Below, piece by piece: positions 20,890 through 31,396 of a stretch of 64,000 bases of DNA. The notes under the pieces are model-generated. The model was not told the origin of the DNA, made no database searches, and was given only the letters and a program-made list of their open reading frames with translations. The position numbers and the translations under genes are program-made. Source of the DNA: an uncultured Verrucomicrobiae bacterium (GTDB lineage: Bacteria; Verrucomicrobiota; Verrucomicrobiia; Chthoniobacterales; Chthoniobacteraceae); assembly GCA_963828525.1 (NCBI GenBank), contig CAWHEP010000003.1, positions 50,751 to 114,750 on the forward strand, written 5' to 3'. Each line of letters starts with the position of its first letter. The first letter of the stretch is position 1.

Positions 20890-21927
20890 TTAACGCCATT
20901 GACGGTCCGTCGTCGCAACCTGCTTGAGAAACTTGATCTCGCTGAGCGCCCGTCCGGTGCCCTCCGCAACAGCGCTCAGCGGGTCTTCGGCAACATGCAC
21001 GGGCAGGCCAGTCTCCTCTGTCAGGAGTTTGTCGAGCCCTCGAAGCAAGGCGCCGCCACCCGCGAGCACCAATCCTCTATCCACCAAATCCGCGGAGAGC
21101 TCGGGTGGGCAGCGCTCCAACGTGACGCGGACAGAATCAACGATAGTGGAAATCGGTTCGAGCAATGCCTCCCGGACTTCCTGAGAGGTGATTGAGAGAG
21201 TTTTCGGGAGACCAGCGACGAGATCACGCCCCTTTACCTCCATCGTTGTCTCTTTTTCAATTGGGTAAGCGGAGCCTATCTTGATCTTGATCTCCTCGGC
21301 GGTGCGTTCCCCGATCATCAGGTTGTAAGCTCTCTTCATGTACTGGATGATTGCTTCATCCAGCTCATCGCCGGCCACCCTGACGCTGCGGCTGAACACG
21401 ATTCCCGACAATGAAATAAGGGCTACTTCGGTAGTGCCGCCGCCGATGTCGATTATCATGTTGCCGGCAGCATCCTGGACGGGGAGACCGACGCCAATCG
21501 CGGCGGCCATCGGTTCCTCAATGAGATACACTTCGCGAGCGCCCGCTCTTGTCGCGGAATCCTTGACCGCGCGCTTTTCGACTTCTGTGATACCAGAAGG
21601 GACAGCGATCACTACCCGGGGCCGAACCATCTTCCGGCGGTTGTGCACTTTGCTGATGAAATGCCGGAGCATTGCTTCGGTTACTTCAAAGTCCGCGATA
21701 ACCCCATCCTTCAGCGGACGAATCGCCACTATATTCCCGGGTGTCCGCCCAAGCATCCGCTTGGCTTCGTCTCCTACGGCGAGAACTTTGTTGGTGCCTG
21801 CCTGAACAGCGACGACGGACGGTTCACGTAGAACAATCCCGTGGTCGCGCACGTAAACAAGGGTATTGGCAGTACCCAGATCAATGCCGATGTCATTTGA
21901 AAAAAGACCAAAAAGCCCGTTAAACAT
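20890..21927 (-). CDS. mreB: rod shape-determining protein MreB
   Basis: 345 aa with the actin-like motif [13 protein letters not shown] and high overall similarity to MreB as I recall it. Confidence 0.95.
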   Translation of the reverse strand: MFNGLFGLFSNDIGIDLGTANTLVYVRDHGIVLREPSVVAVQAGTNKVLAVGDEAKRMLGRTPGNIVAIRPLKDGVIADFEVTEAMLRHFISKVHNRRKMVRPRVVIAVPSGITEVEKRAVKDSATRAGAREVYLIEEPMAAAIGVGLPVQDAAGNMIIDIGGGTTEVALISLSGIVFSRSVRVAGDELDEAIIQYMKRAYNLMIGERTAEEIKIKIGSAYPIEKETTMEVKGRDLVAGLPKTLSITSQEVREALLEPISTIVDSVRVTLERCPPELSADLVDRGLVLAGGGALLRGLDKLLTEETGLPVHVAEDPLSAVAEGTGRALSEIKFLKQVATTDRQWR

Positions 21928-22103
21928 TCAGAAAACCTCTTCTTTGATTGTGAAATAGATACACGATTCTCAATGACCGTCCGCAAAAATCTCAGCGCTG
22001 CCGGGAACAATAGTCGCTTCCCTTTTGAAGGGGTGAGAACTCGCGTCATCGGAAGCGCCAGTTATGTAGAAAGACGCCATTACGGTAGTCAAGGGAAAGA
22101 TGG

Positions 22104-23042
22104 GTGTTCCATAGCGGAATGACAAGACTCCGTCCAGAGGGAAACGCAACAGGTATGCGAGAGGACAGCGTCCCTCGACGCTTTTGGCCCGCGATTCGAG
22201 GTGGGGCGGCTGCGGTGCAGACCCTCAGTGTCTACGGGGCCGCGGCGATCGCGAGCTTCGGATGGGCTTTGGGCAAACTGCTCCACTTCGAGACTGCCCG
22301 CTATATTCCGCTTTGGTTTTCGGCGGCTCTCTTCGTTTATAACGTCGATCGCATCAGGTCCGATCCGGCCGACTCTGTGAACATCCCGCGACGCCATCGC
22401 GAGAGCATCCGTCTGCGAGGGGTCGCCACAGGAGTCGTCATCGGGTCTGGTTGCGCGCTTGTATTGATTCCGCTCCTCACCCAGGACTGGATGACGCTCG
22501 GACTTGCGGTGTGTGGAAGCGCAGTCTGCCTGAACTACTCCGTTCCTCTGCTGGGCTCGCGCTTGAAGGATATCCCGCTGCTCAAGACGTTTTTTGCGCC
22601 AACGCTGGTTTCTGCCGCCTTCTTTGGCCTCCCGCTCTTGCATCATAGATTGACGCTGGCATCCTCGTTTCCACGCTATGTCGCCGCCTGGACATGGATG
22701 TTTCTCCTCTTCAATATGATCCTGTGCGACCTGAGAGACATCAAGGGTGATAAGCGCGAGCGAACACTGAGCGTTCCGGTTGTGCTCGGCGCAAGGCGCA
22801 CCTTTTGGGTCCTTTGCAGTATTCTCGTGCTGCTGTGCGTAATGAGCGTCGCAGCCGCGCGGGGAACTCCCATGGATCGAGAACGCGATTGCGCATTCAT
22901 TTCCTTCGCGTCTCTCGCGTACTTGTCCATCCTGGCCATTGCCGCGCGTAAGACGAGGTCGGAAGCCTTTTACGAGTGGTGTGTCGAGGGAATGATTTTC
23001 CTCCCTGCCGTGTTGACTCTGGTGTCTGAAATCAGACTCTAA
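22104..23042 (+). CDS. UbiA-superfamily membrane prenyltransferase
   Basis: Polytopic membrane protein. The second Asp-rich motif CDLRDIKGD (DxxDxxxD) is present. The first motif is atypical (YNVDRIRSDPAD). The start is uncertain: GTG 22104, ATG 22119 or ATG 22155. Confidence 0.6.
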   Translation: MFHSGMTRLRPEGNATGMREDSVPRRFWPAIRGGAAAVQTLSVYGAAAIASFGWALGKLLHFETARYIPLWFSAALFVYNVDRIRSDPADSVNIPRRHRESIRLRGVATGVVIGSGCALVLIPLLTQDWMTLGLAVCGSAVCLNYSVPLLGSRLKDIPLLKTFFAPTLVSAAFFGLPLLHHRLTLASSFPRYVAAWTWMFLLFNMILCDLRDIKGDKRERTLSVPVVLGARRTFWVLCSILVLLCVMSVAAARGTPMDRERDCAFISFASLAYLSILAIAARKTRSEAFYEWCVEGMIFLPAVLTLVSEIRL

Positions 23043-23150
23043 GGGCCTATCCGGCGTGAAAGTACATGACTCGGGCAGTCCAAAACGCCTCGTTGGGACG
23101 TAGAACAGGGTGAATTGACTTAAAAGGAACAAGGCCTTTATCTCTTAGTT

Positions 23151-24176
23151 GTGAAATCTTTCACAAACATCGCCAAGAAACCGACTGAGGGTGCTCTGAA
23201 GATCAAACAGGCGTTTGAGCTGATCAACACTCAGCTCTACAGCGTAGAGGAGCGCATCCGAAGCCAGGCGCGTGAATTCGACCCAGCCGTGGATGGGTAC
23301 ATTGCTTATGCTTGTGAAAGCAACGGGAAGAGGTTGCGGCCTGCTCTCGCTCTCCTCGCGGGTGGCGCGACAGGAAATATTTGTCCAAGTCATCTCGATC
23401 TGGCAGTCGTCCTGGAGCTGATCCATGCGGCCACTCTCGTCCACGATGACATCATCGATGGCGCGGACAAGCGGCGGGGGCAGCCCACCGCGAACGCCAA
23501 GTGGGGAAACACGATCAGCGTTCTTCTAGGGGACTGCCTCTTCGCGCATGCCTTGAAGCTCTCGACGAACTTTTCCAACGGCGAGATCAGCCGCCGCATC
23601 GCGAGCGCTGCATCGGACGTGTGCTCCGGCGAGATCATTCAAACCCAGCGCCGGTTCGATCTCAAGCTTGGCCTGGCAGACTATTATAAGATCATCGAAA
23701 TGAAAACGGCGGCCCTGTTTTCCGCGGCAACAGAGCTGGGCGCCTTCATCAATGAGGCTTCCCCGGAGATTATCTCCTCCATGAAACTGTTCGGCGCGAA
23801 ATTCGGCATCGCCTATCAGATCTACGATGATTGCCTGGACATCGCGGGCACGGAGAGTTCAGCGGGGAAGACGCTGGGATCCGACTTGCGGAAAGGGAAG
23901 CTCACGCTCCCCATACTGCATGTCCTTGCTGTCTCGACCGAGGTTGAACGCCATGACTTGAGCGCGGCCATCCTCCGCGGGAACGCCGACGACGTTAAAG
24001 CGTTGGGCGAGGCTACGTTGCGCGAGGGGGGCCTGGATGCCGCCGTGTCCGCGGGAGCCAAGCTTCTGCTGGAGGCGGATCACCTGCTTACAGGACTTCC
24101 GGCAAGCAGATACCGAGACGGTCTCCGCGATCTCGCGATGTCCCTGAAGGAGCTGATCGCGAGCTTTACGAGTTGA
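23151..24176 (+). CDS. polyprenyl diphosphate synthase (trans-IPPS, long-chain type)
   Basis: LVHDDIIDGADKRRG (DDxxD) and YQIYDDCLD motifs. GTG start. Confidence 0.85.
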   Translation: MKSFTNIAKKPTEGALKIKQAFELINTQLYSVEERIRSQAREFDPAVDGYIAYACESNGKRLRPALALLAGGATGNICPSHLDLAVVLELIHAATLVHDDIIDGADKRRGQPTANAKWGNTISVLLGDCLFAHALKLSTNFSNGEISRRIASAASDVCSGEIIQTQRRFDLKLGLADYYKIIEMKTAALFSAATELGAFINEASPEIISSMKLFGAKFGIAYQIYDDCLDIAGTESSAGKTLGSDLRKGKLTLPILHVLAVSTEVERHDLSAAILRGNADDVKALGEATLREGGLDAAVSAGAKLLLEADHLLTGLPASRYRDGLRDLAMSLKELIASFTS

Positions 24177-24233
24177 CGAGAGTTCGCGGGTTCTGCTTGC
24201 TTGCCCCTGCCTGAAGCAGGCACGGAGACGTCC

Positions 24234-24923
24234 ATGCAGAGAATAAATGAGATGCCATCGCAGGATCGGCCACGAGAGCGCATGCTTGAACATGGCGCGG
24301 TGGCGCTCAGCGACAGTGAACTCATCGCGATCCTGCTGAGGACAGGCATTGTCGGAACGAACGCTGTGGAGCTGGCGAGTCAGCTCCTCACCCGTTACAA
24401 AACCCTGACAGCGCTTTCGCGCGCCTCCGCCAGGGAACTTGCTGGTATCAAGGGGATTGGCCCCGCGAAAGGCGTGCAACTCGCGGCGGCTTTCGGCCTC
24501 GGGAGCCGGCTGGCGCGCGAAGCCGTGGTGAAACAGAAAATTGATTCTCCAGAGCTGATCTACGAGTTGGTGGGAACGGAAATGCAAGGACTGCGTCTCG
24601 AGGTTCTGAAGGTGATCCTTCTCGATACCCGTTACAATCTGCTGCGTGTTGAACCCATCTCGAGCGGAAGCCTGAATGAGAGCATCGCGCATCCTCGCGA
24701 AGTATTCAGGCCCGCCCTTGTCTATTCCGCCTATGCGGTCGCCGTGGTTCACAACCACCCCTCTGGCGACCCCTCCCCCAGTGACGCGGACATCCGCCTC
24801 ACGCGGCGCCTCGCTGAGGCAGCGGGGATTTTACAGATCAAACTCCTGGATCACGTGATAATAGGAGCCCCCAACACCGGGAAGAAAGCTTACTACAGCT
24901 TCAAAGAAACCGGTGTCCTTTAG
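24234..24923 (+). CDS. radC: RadC-family JAB-domain protein
   Basis: N-terminal HhH-like LSDSELIAILLRTG and the JAMM-like motif HNHPSGDPSPSDADI. I prefer the ATG at 24234 to the TTG at 24201. Confidence 0.8.
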   Translation: MQRINEMPSQDRPRERMLEHGAVALSDSELIAILLRTGIVGTNAVELASQLLTRYKTLTALSRASARELAGIKGIGPAKGVQLAAAFGLGSRLAREAVVKQKIDSPELIYELVGTEMQGLRLEVLKVILLDTRYNLLRVEPISSGSLNESIAHPREVFRPALVYSAYAVAVVHNHPSGDPSPSDADIRLTRRLAEAAGILQIKLLDHVIIGAPNTGKKAYYSFKETGVL

Positions 24924-24929
24924 GAGAAG

Positions 24930-26234
24930 CTAGGCAGAGACGGCGAGTTGCTCGACCGCGCTATTCGCATAGCTAGCGGCGCCATGCGTCCAATGGTGAG
25001 GCAGGATGCACACTGCAAAATCGCGGGCGGGCACGGTTCCGGCACCCGCTACGTTCTCCGGCTCGACATCGAATGTCGCGCAATGGTCTATGTGATCCGC
25101 CATGAGGTTGCCGCGCAGAATCGAAAGGTTCACGTAACAGCGGCCAGCGGTCATGTTGATCGGACCGGAGACGCATGTGACGGAGCCTTCCGCTGGCAGC
25201 GTTTCAGGAAGTCCATGCACGGAATCACTGTCAAACAGGTAGATACCGGTGTTTCTGAAATCATATACTGCGACACGAAATCGAGGGAATTTTAGGGCCT
25301 TGGATGCCTTATAGGACATCGTGACCTTCAGTCGGCTGGTTGAACGGATGAGTTCGACCGATTCTTCGCTTTCAATCTGGATGGAGGTAAGCCTGGCTTC
25401 CCCGTCTCCCTGGCGATCCTGCCGCTCGCTTAAGTCCACAACTTCTCGAGAGCTTGCAGACTGCAGATACTGCCGCACCACCTGGTCGGCCGGTCCACTG
25501 TCCGCCAGACGTCCCCCGTCCAGCACAATCGCGCGCCCGCATAATGAGAGGATGGATGCCATATTATGGCTCACCAGAAGCACCGTCCGTCCCTGCCTGG
25601 CCACATCCCCCATTTTTCCGAGACACTTCTTCTGAAACGCAGAGTCACCCACCGCAAGCACCTCATCGACAAGCAGGATTTCCGGTTCAAGATGGGCAGC
25701 CACTGCAAACGCAAGCCGCACATACATTCCGCTGGAGTACCGCTTCACGGGGGTATCGATAAAGTCGCGGATCTCCGCAAACTCCACGATCTCGTCGAAT
25801 TTACGCGTGATCTCAGTCCGCTTCATTCCCAGCATCGCGCCATTGAGATAGATGTTTTCGCGGCCTGGAAGATCGGGATGAAAGCCGGTGCCCACTTCCA
25901 GGAGAGAGGTGACGCGGCCTCGGAGAGTGGCTTTGCCGGATGAAGGCTCCGTAATGCGGGAGAGAATTTTCAGAAGAGTGGATTTTCCAGCTCCATTCCT
26001 GCCCACCAGTCCCACCACTTCCCCTGGCGCGACGGAGAAAGACACATCTCTGAGAGCCCAGAAAGACTTTGTGACCTGATTCAAGCGATCCGCCCCAGCC
26101 GAAGCGCGTGCGCTGCCCCTGCTTCCCACTCGCTCCCACAAGCGCGTCCACGAGTCGCGGATGCTTGTTGAACCGATGCTGCCGAGCGTGTACATTTTGC
26201 TCAGCGAATTGACTTCTATTATCGGTCGAGACAT
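24930..26234 (-). CDS. polysaccharide ABC exporter ATP-binding protein (Wzt/TagH-like) with a C-terminal glycan-binding-type extension
   Basis: Walker A GRNGAGKSTLL, signature YSSGMYVRLAFA, Walker B ILLVDEVLAVGD, plus a beta-rich tail of about 170 aa. Start set at ATG 26234 (MSRPIIEVNSL...). Confidence 0.8.
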   Translation of the reverse strand: MSRPIIEVNSLSKMYTLGSIGSTSIRDSWTRLWERVGSRGSARASAGADRLNQVTKSFWALRDVSFSVAPGEVVGLVGRNGAGKSTLLKILSRITEPSSGKATLRGRVTSLLEVGTGFHPDLPGRENIYLNGAMLGMKRTEITRKFDEIVEFAEIRDFIDTPVKRYSSGMYVRLAFAVAAHLEPEILLVDEVLAVGDSAFQKKCLGKMGDVARQGRTVLLVSHNMASILSLCGRAIVLDGGRLADSGPADQVVRQYLQSASSREVVDLSERQDRQGDGEARLTSIQIESEESVELIRSTSRLKVTMSYKASKALKFPRFRVAVYDFRNTGIYLFDSDSVHGLPETLPAEGSVTCVSGPINMTAGRCYVNLSILRGNLMADHIDHCATFDVEPENVAGAGTVPARDFAVCILPHHWTHGAASYANSAVEQLAVSA

Positions 26235-26251
26235 TTCAGGGAAATCAGCGT

Positions 26252-27136
26252 CTAAACGGTGTCGATAAAAGTTCGCTCGGTCTTCTGGAAAATGAGGATT
26301 CCCGAAATCAGTGAGGCCACGCCTATCAAGACTGAGATCGCCAGCGAAACGGGGGTTACGGTGCCCTTTCCCAGAAGACATAGGCGGCAGGATTCAGTGA
26401 CAGCGACCATCGGGTTGAAGTTCGCCAGCCACTGAAAGCGGATTGGCACAGCGGACAAGGGAAAAAAAACCGCGCTGCCGAACATCCAAAGCTGGGTGAT
26501 GAACTGCAGCAAGTGCCATAAATCACGGTACTTGGATGTGAGGGCGGACATCCACAGGCTGATCCCCAGGCTGAGCACTGCGGTATGGAGGATGAGGAGC
26601 GGCAGCAAAGCCACGGCGGGCGTCATCGCGAAAGTATGCCCTGCTGGCGTAAAGAACTTATAGTAGGCGAAAAACGCCAGGAAGGTAAGAAATTGCAAAA
26701 TGAAGGCCGCCACATTTGAGATGACGAGGGAGAGCGGGATGATGATCCTCGGGAAATACACTTTGCCGAAAAGCTGGGCGTTATTGGTGAATGTGTTCGA
26801 GGCAGATCCAAGATTCTGCGCGAAATAGGTCCAGGCCAGAAGACCGCACATGTTGAAAAGGATGGAAGGCAGCGTGTCGGTAGGAATCTTACCGACTTTC
26901 TGAAACACGATGGTGAATACGAAGGTGCTGAGCAGCGGCTGGAAGATGAACCAGGAAGGACCCAGAAGCGTTTGCTGATACTTGGACACGAACTCGCGGC
27001 GTATAAGGAGATAAAGAAGGTCTCGATACTCGATGATCGAACGCGCGTCGAGATGCAGCCAGCGGGTGTTCGGTTCAATGACGACCTCGTAACCGCTCGC
27101 TGATTCGGCAGTGTCGGGAGACAAGGCTGGATTCAT
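26252..27136 (-). CDS. ABC-2 type polysaccharide exporter permease (Wzm/TagG-like)
   Basis: 294 aa with about six TM segments, directly upstream of the Wzt-like ATPase. Confidence 0.8.
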   Translation of the reverse strand: MNPALSPDTAESASGYEVVIEPNTRWLHLDARSIIEYRDLLYLLIRREFVSKYQQTLLGPSWFIFQPLLSTFVFTIVFQKVGKIPTDTLPSILFNMCGLLAWTYFAQNLGSASNTFTNNAQLFGKVYFPRIIIPLSLVISNVAAFILQFLTFLAFFAYYKFFTPAGHTFAMTPAVALLPLLILHTAVLSLGISLWMSALTSKYRDLWHLLQFITQLWMFGSAVFFPLSAVPIRFQWLANFNPMVAVTESCRLCLLGKGTVTPVSLAISVLIGVASLISGILIFQKTERTFIDTV

Positions 27137-27308
27137 AGGGATGCTCTCATCTCACTCGGGTATTCTTATAGACTGTTATGAGAAGAGCGAAAGTAGCAAG
27201 AGCCATTCCCTGCGACTGGAATCATGTCTGGAGGGTGAAAGAGCAACAAAAACTCTTGCCAAGCCCCTGTTCGAGTCACACCTTTCGTTTACCATCGGAG
27301 GAACCCCT

Positions 27309-28316
27309 ATGAGCACACCCGCAACTACCGAAGCCGTAAAAACCGCGCCGCAAACCAGTCAACTCGAGCAGCTAAAGAAATTCACCAAGGTCGTGGCGGA
27401 CACCGGTGACTTTGAGTCGATGCGAGAATTTGAGCCCTACGACGCAACGACGAACCCGAGCCTGATCCTGGCAGCGACGCAAAAGAAAGAGTATGCTCAC
27501 TTGCTGGAAAAGGTGCTTTCTGAGACGAAGTCCTCGCGAGCGTCTGGAGCAAAAGGCGTTGATCAGGCCATTGACGCGCTGCTCGTCGCCTTTGGAGCGG
27601 AGATTTTGAGCATCGTTCCGGGCAGAGTTTCCACCGAGACGGACGCCCGCCTGTCGTTCGATACGCAGGGGTCCATCGACAAAGGTCGCGAGCTGATTGC
27701 TCTCTACGAAAAAAGAAGCATTTCTCGCGAGCGCGTCCTTATCAAAATAGCTTCTACCTGGGAGGGTATTGCGGCTGCAGAGGTTCTGCAAAAGGAAGGA
27801 ATCAACTGCAACCTGACCCTTTTATTTTCGCTTCCGCAGGCAGTGCGCTGCGCGGAGGCAAAGGTGACCCTTATCTCGCCCTTCGTTGGACGCATCTATG
27901 ACTGGTTCAAGGCCCGCGACAAGAAGGAATTCACCGGCGCGGAGGATCCGGGGGTGCAATCCGTCCAGACCATTTATAACTATTACAAGAAGTTCGGCTA
28001 CACGACCGAGGTCATGGGCGCGAGCTTCCGCAACACCAGCCAGATCGTCGAATTGGCGGGGTGTGACCTGCTTACCATCAGCCCGGAGCTGCTCGCGAAG
28101 CTGGCCAAGTCCCATGACCCTCTCGAACGCAAGCTCCTGCCAGACGCCGCGAAGAATGCGGATGTGGAGCGGCTGGAGATGGATGAAAAGAAGTTCCGCT
28201 TCCTGCTGAATGATGATGCGATGGCCACCGAGAAGACAGCAGAAGGCATTCGAAAGTTCGCCGCCGATATCGTGAAGCTCGAGAAGTTGATCAGCGACAA
28301 GATCGCGCTGGGCTGA
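27309..28316 (+). CDS. tal: transaldolase
   Basis: [10 protein letters not shown] and [12 protein letters not shown] (Schiff-base Lys region). The ATG at 27309 is preceded by GGAGGA, so the track ORF starting at 27111 is over-extended. Confidence 0.9.
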   Translation: MSTPATTEAVKTAPQTSQLEQLKKFTKVVADTGDFESMREFEPYDATTNPSLILAATQKKEYAHLLEKVLSETKSSRASGAKGVDQAIDALLVAFGAEILSIVPGRVSTETDARLSFDTQGSIDKGRELIALYEKRSISRERVLIKIASTWEGIAAAEVLQKEGINCNLTLLFSLPQAVRCAEAKVTLISPFVGRIYDWFKARDKKEFTGAEDPGVQSVQTIYNYYKKFGYTTEVMGASFRNTSQIVELAGCDLLTISPELLAKLAKSHDPLERKLLPDAAKNADVERLEMDEKKFRFLLNDDAMATEKTAEGIRKFAADIVKLEKLISDKIALG

Positions 28317-28362
28317 GGGCGGGTTGCTTTAGCGCGGAAGCTCGTCGAAGTTCCGCGCAGGG

Positions 28363-31338
28363 GTGATTGAAGCGGAGCACAACGCGGAGTTGGAGCGGCG
28401 AATCCGGCAGATTGGCGAAGAAATTTTCTCCCGGATGCGAGAAGGAAGGTTCTCGCTATTTGACCAGCGGAATTGGACCGGAAAGATGATGGCGTGGTCG
28501 CTGCAGGATGAGCGATTCAAAACGCAGCTATTCCGGTTCGTGGATGTTCTCCCCGCCCTTAAAACTCCGAGGGCATTCATTGCGCATCTCCAGGAATACT
28601 TCGGTGATGAGGCCTCCGGACTTCCAAAACCGTTGAGGGTTATGCTGTCGATTGGCACCCTCTTCCCGGCGCTGACGAGCTGGATTGTGAAGCGCAATGT
28701 CGTTGCGATGGCAGGACAATTCATAACAGGGGCGACCGCCGACAAGGCTCTGCCGATGCTCAGGAGAAGTTCACGGCGCGGCGCGGGCTTTACCGTGGAT
28801 ATTCTGGGAGAGGCGGTGTTAAGCGAAGAAGAAGCGGAGGCCTATGCCAGGCGTTATAGCGAACTGCTGGAGAGGTTGTCGGAAAAGACCTCTGATTGGG
28901 GCGATGCCCCTTCCAGTCAGCCGCGGGTAAATGTTTCAGTGAAGATTTCGGCTCTTTATTCCCAGATTCGGCCTGCTGATCCGGAGCGGGCGACCGATGA
29001 GCTGAAGACCCGGCTCCGACCCCTGCTCCGGCGGGCGCGTGAGTTGGGGGCCTTCGTGAATCTCGACATGGAGAGCTATTCGCTGAAGAATCTCACGCTG
29101 CATCTGTTCAAAAGCCTGATGGACGAGCCCGAATTTCTCTCGTACGGGAATATAGGGATAGTCATTCAAGCTTATCTGAAGGACAGCGAGCGCGATCTTC
29201 TGAGCTTGATCGAATGGGCCAGATCACGACCCCGCCAGTTCACTGTCCGCCTGGTCAAAGGCGCATACTGGGATTACGAGCGCGTGGTCGCTGGCCAGAA
29301 AAACTGGGAAGTGCCGGTGTTCGAGCAGAAGTCTCAGACAGACGCCAGCTACGAGCGACTGGCCGCGCTGTTGATACAGAATGACGAGACTGTCTGCGCT
29401 GCCTTCGCCACGCACAATGTCCGGAGCATCTCGAGCATACTCGCGCAAACGGAAGCTGCGGGGCTGTCCCCGGATCGTTTCGAGTTTCAGATGCTGTACG
29501 GCATGGTCGAAGTGATAGAAGAGGCGCTGATCGGAATGGGTTTTCACGTCCGCGAATATTGTCCAATAGGAGAGCTGCTCCCGGGGATGGCCTACCTCGT
29601 AAGGCGTCTTCTTGAGAACACCTCGAACGAAGGTTTTCTGCGCGCCAAATTCGCTTCTTCTGTTTCCACGGAAGACCTCCTCCGTGATCCTCGCGCGGCC
29701 GAGGCTGGGGCAGCATCGACAATCCGGCGAACAAGTGGCTTCAGGCATGAGCCACTTGCGGATTTTTCCCGCGAAAGCGACCGGGCGGCCATGGGAGCCG
29801 CCCTGGACGCAGAACGGACGAAATTTGGATCGCGCATCCCGATGGTGATCGACGCCAAATCGGCGCCGGGAAGCTCGGAAGTGGCCTCCGTGAATCCCGC
29901 GAGGCCTTCCGAGGTGGTCGGTTGGGTGTCATTCGCTTCAATTGAACACGCCGACATGGCAGTCACCGCTGCGCGCCGGGCGCATGGCTCCTGGAGCCGA
30001 ACCGGCTTTTCGGCGCGAGCTGCGCTGCTTGAGAAAGCAGCTGATTTAATGCGCGTTCGCCGCTATGAACTGGCCGCTCTCGAAGTCTGGGAAGTCGGGA
30101 AGACCTGGCAGGAGGCAGACGCCGACGTCGTTGAGGCCATAGACTACTGCAACTTCTATGCGGACGAGACGCGCCGCCTCGAATCGTGGGAGCTAACCGA
30201 GCACACGGCTGGCGAACGGAATACGCACGGATACACCTCTCGCGGGGTAGGCGTAATCATCGCGCCGTGGAATTTCCCCCTTGCGATCCTTTGTGGAATG
30301 ACGGCGGCAGCAATCGTGACCGGCAATTGCGCGATCATGAAGCCTGCCGAGCAATCGTCCGTGATCGCGTTCCGACTCATGCGGATTTTCGAGGAAGCAG
30401 GTTTCCCCCCGGGTGTCGTAAATCTGATAACGGGGAGCGGCGAGGAAGTCGGAGCGCGCCTTGTCGAGCATCCTCGCGTCGAATTTGTCGCGTTCACGGG
30501 GTCGAAGGAAGTGGGTCTAAAGATTCTCGAGTCTGCCGGCAGGACGAAGGCGTCGCAATCGGAAGTTAAGAAGGTCGTTTGCGAGATGGGTGGCAAGAAC
30601 GCCCTTATCGTTGACGATGACGCGGATCTCGATGACGCGGTAGCAGGCGCGCTTTACTCAGCCTTTGGCTACCAGGGCCAAAAATGTTCCGCCCTTTCGC
30701 GGCTCATCCTGCTGGAGGATATTCATGACGAGGTTCTTGCGCGGTTGATCGAAGCGGCTGGCAGTTTGGAAGTTGGGCCGCCGAGCCAACCCTCCATCTT
30801 CATGGGGCCTCTCATCGATAAAGACGCCCTCGAGCGGGTTCATCAATACGTTGAGATCGGGACTCGCGAGGCAACTCTCTCCTTCAAGGGACGTCTGTCC
30901 ACCGCGGAAGGATTTTTCTACCCACCCGTCATTTTCTCCGACGTTCCGCGTGACGCGCGGATCGCGCGCGAAGAGATATTCGGCCCGGTGTTATGCGTGA
31001 TGCGAGCTTCATCTCTGGATGAAGCGCTTCGCCTCGCGAACGATAGCGACTTCGCTCTTACCGGCGGATTTTATTCGCGAAGTCCGGCCCGCATCGAGCG
31101 GGTGAAAAGGGAGTTTAGGGTGGGCAATTTGTATATCAACAGGCCGATCACGGGCGCTGTTGTCAAGCGCCAGCCTTTTGGAGGTTTCAAAATGTCGGGG
31201 GCGGGAACGAAGGCGGGTGGGCGGGATTATCTCAAGAACTTCATGTTATCACGAGTCATCAGCGAGAATGTAATGCGACACGGCTTCGCGCCGGCTGACG
31301 TAGCCCCATTTGGTGGCACAGAACGCGCGAGCTGTTGA
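28363..31338 (+). CDS. putA: bifunctional proline dehydrogenase / L-glutamate-gamma-semialdehyde dehydrogenase
   Basis: 991 aa. The N-terminal half is PRODH-like. The C-terminal half is an aldehyde dehydrogenase with EMGGKN and FGYQGQKCSA (catalytic Cys). Confidence 0.9.
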   Translation: MIEAEHNAELERRIRQIGEEIFSRMREGRFSLFDQRNWTGKMMAWSLQDERFKTQLFRFVDVLPALKTPRAFIAHLQEYFGDEASGLPKPLRVMLSIGTLFPALTSWIVKRNVVAMAGQFITGATADKALPMLRRSSRRGAGFTVDILGEAVLSEEEAEAYARRYSELLERLSEKTSDWGDAPSSQPRVNVSVKISALYSQIRPADPERATDELKTRLRPLLRRARELGAFVNLDMESYSLKNLTLHLFKSLMDEPEFLSYGNIGIVIQAYLKDSERDLLSLIEWARSRPRQFTVRLVKGAYWDYERVVAGQKNWEVPVFEQKSQTDASYERLAALLIQNDETVCAAFATHNVRSISSILAQTEAAGLSPDRFEFQMLYGMVEVIEEALIGMGFHVREYCPIGELLPGMAYLVRRLLENTSNEGFLRAKFASSVSTEDLLRDPRAAEAGAASTIRRTSGFRHEPLADFSRESDRAAMGAALDAERTKFGSRIPMVIDAKSAPGSSEVASVNPARPSEVVGWVSFASIEHADMAVTAARRAHGSWSRTGFSARAALLEKAADLMRVRRYELAALEVWEVGKTWQEADADVVEAIDYCNFYADETRRLESWELTEHTAGERNTHGYTSRGVGVIIAPWNFPLAILCGMTAAAIVTGNCAIMKPAEQSSVIAFRLMRIFEEAGFPPGVVNLITGSGEEVGARLVEHPRVEFVAFTGSKEVGLKILESAGRTKASQSEVKKVVCEMGGKNALIVDDDADLDDAVAGALYSAFGYQGQKCSALSRLILLEDIHDEVLARLIEAAGSLEVGPPSQPSIFMGPLIDKDALERVHQYVEIGTREATLSFKGRLSTAEGFFYPPVIFSDVPRDARIAREEIFGPVLCVMRASSLDEALRLANDSDFALTGGFYSRSPARIERVKREFRVGNLYINRPITGAVVKRQPFGGFKMSGAGTKAGGRDYLKNFMLSRVISENVMRHGFAPADVAPFGGTERASC

Positions 31339-31396
31339 AGGACAATCCCGCGTTGTGTAGCATTCCGTGGCGCGCGACCCGCGCTGAAGTCCAACG

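Noticed and set aside
22089-23132. 347-aa ORF on the minus strand covering the whole UbiA-like gene
   Set aside because: It is fully antisense to a membrane protein with recognisable prenyltransferase motifs. Its own translation is Arg/Glu/Gln/His-rich, low-complexity and has no motif. This is the typical shadow ORF of GC-rich DNA.
23859-24758. 299-aa minus-strand ORF spanning the end of the polyprenyl synthase and most of radC
   Set aside because: It is antisense to two well-supported genes and crosses their intergenic gap. It has no recognisable domain.
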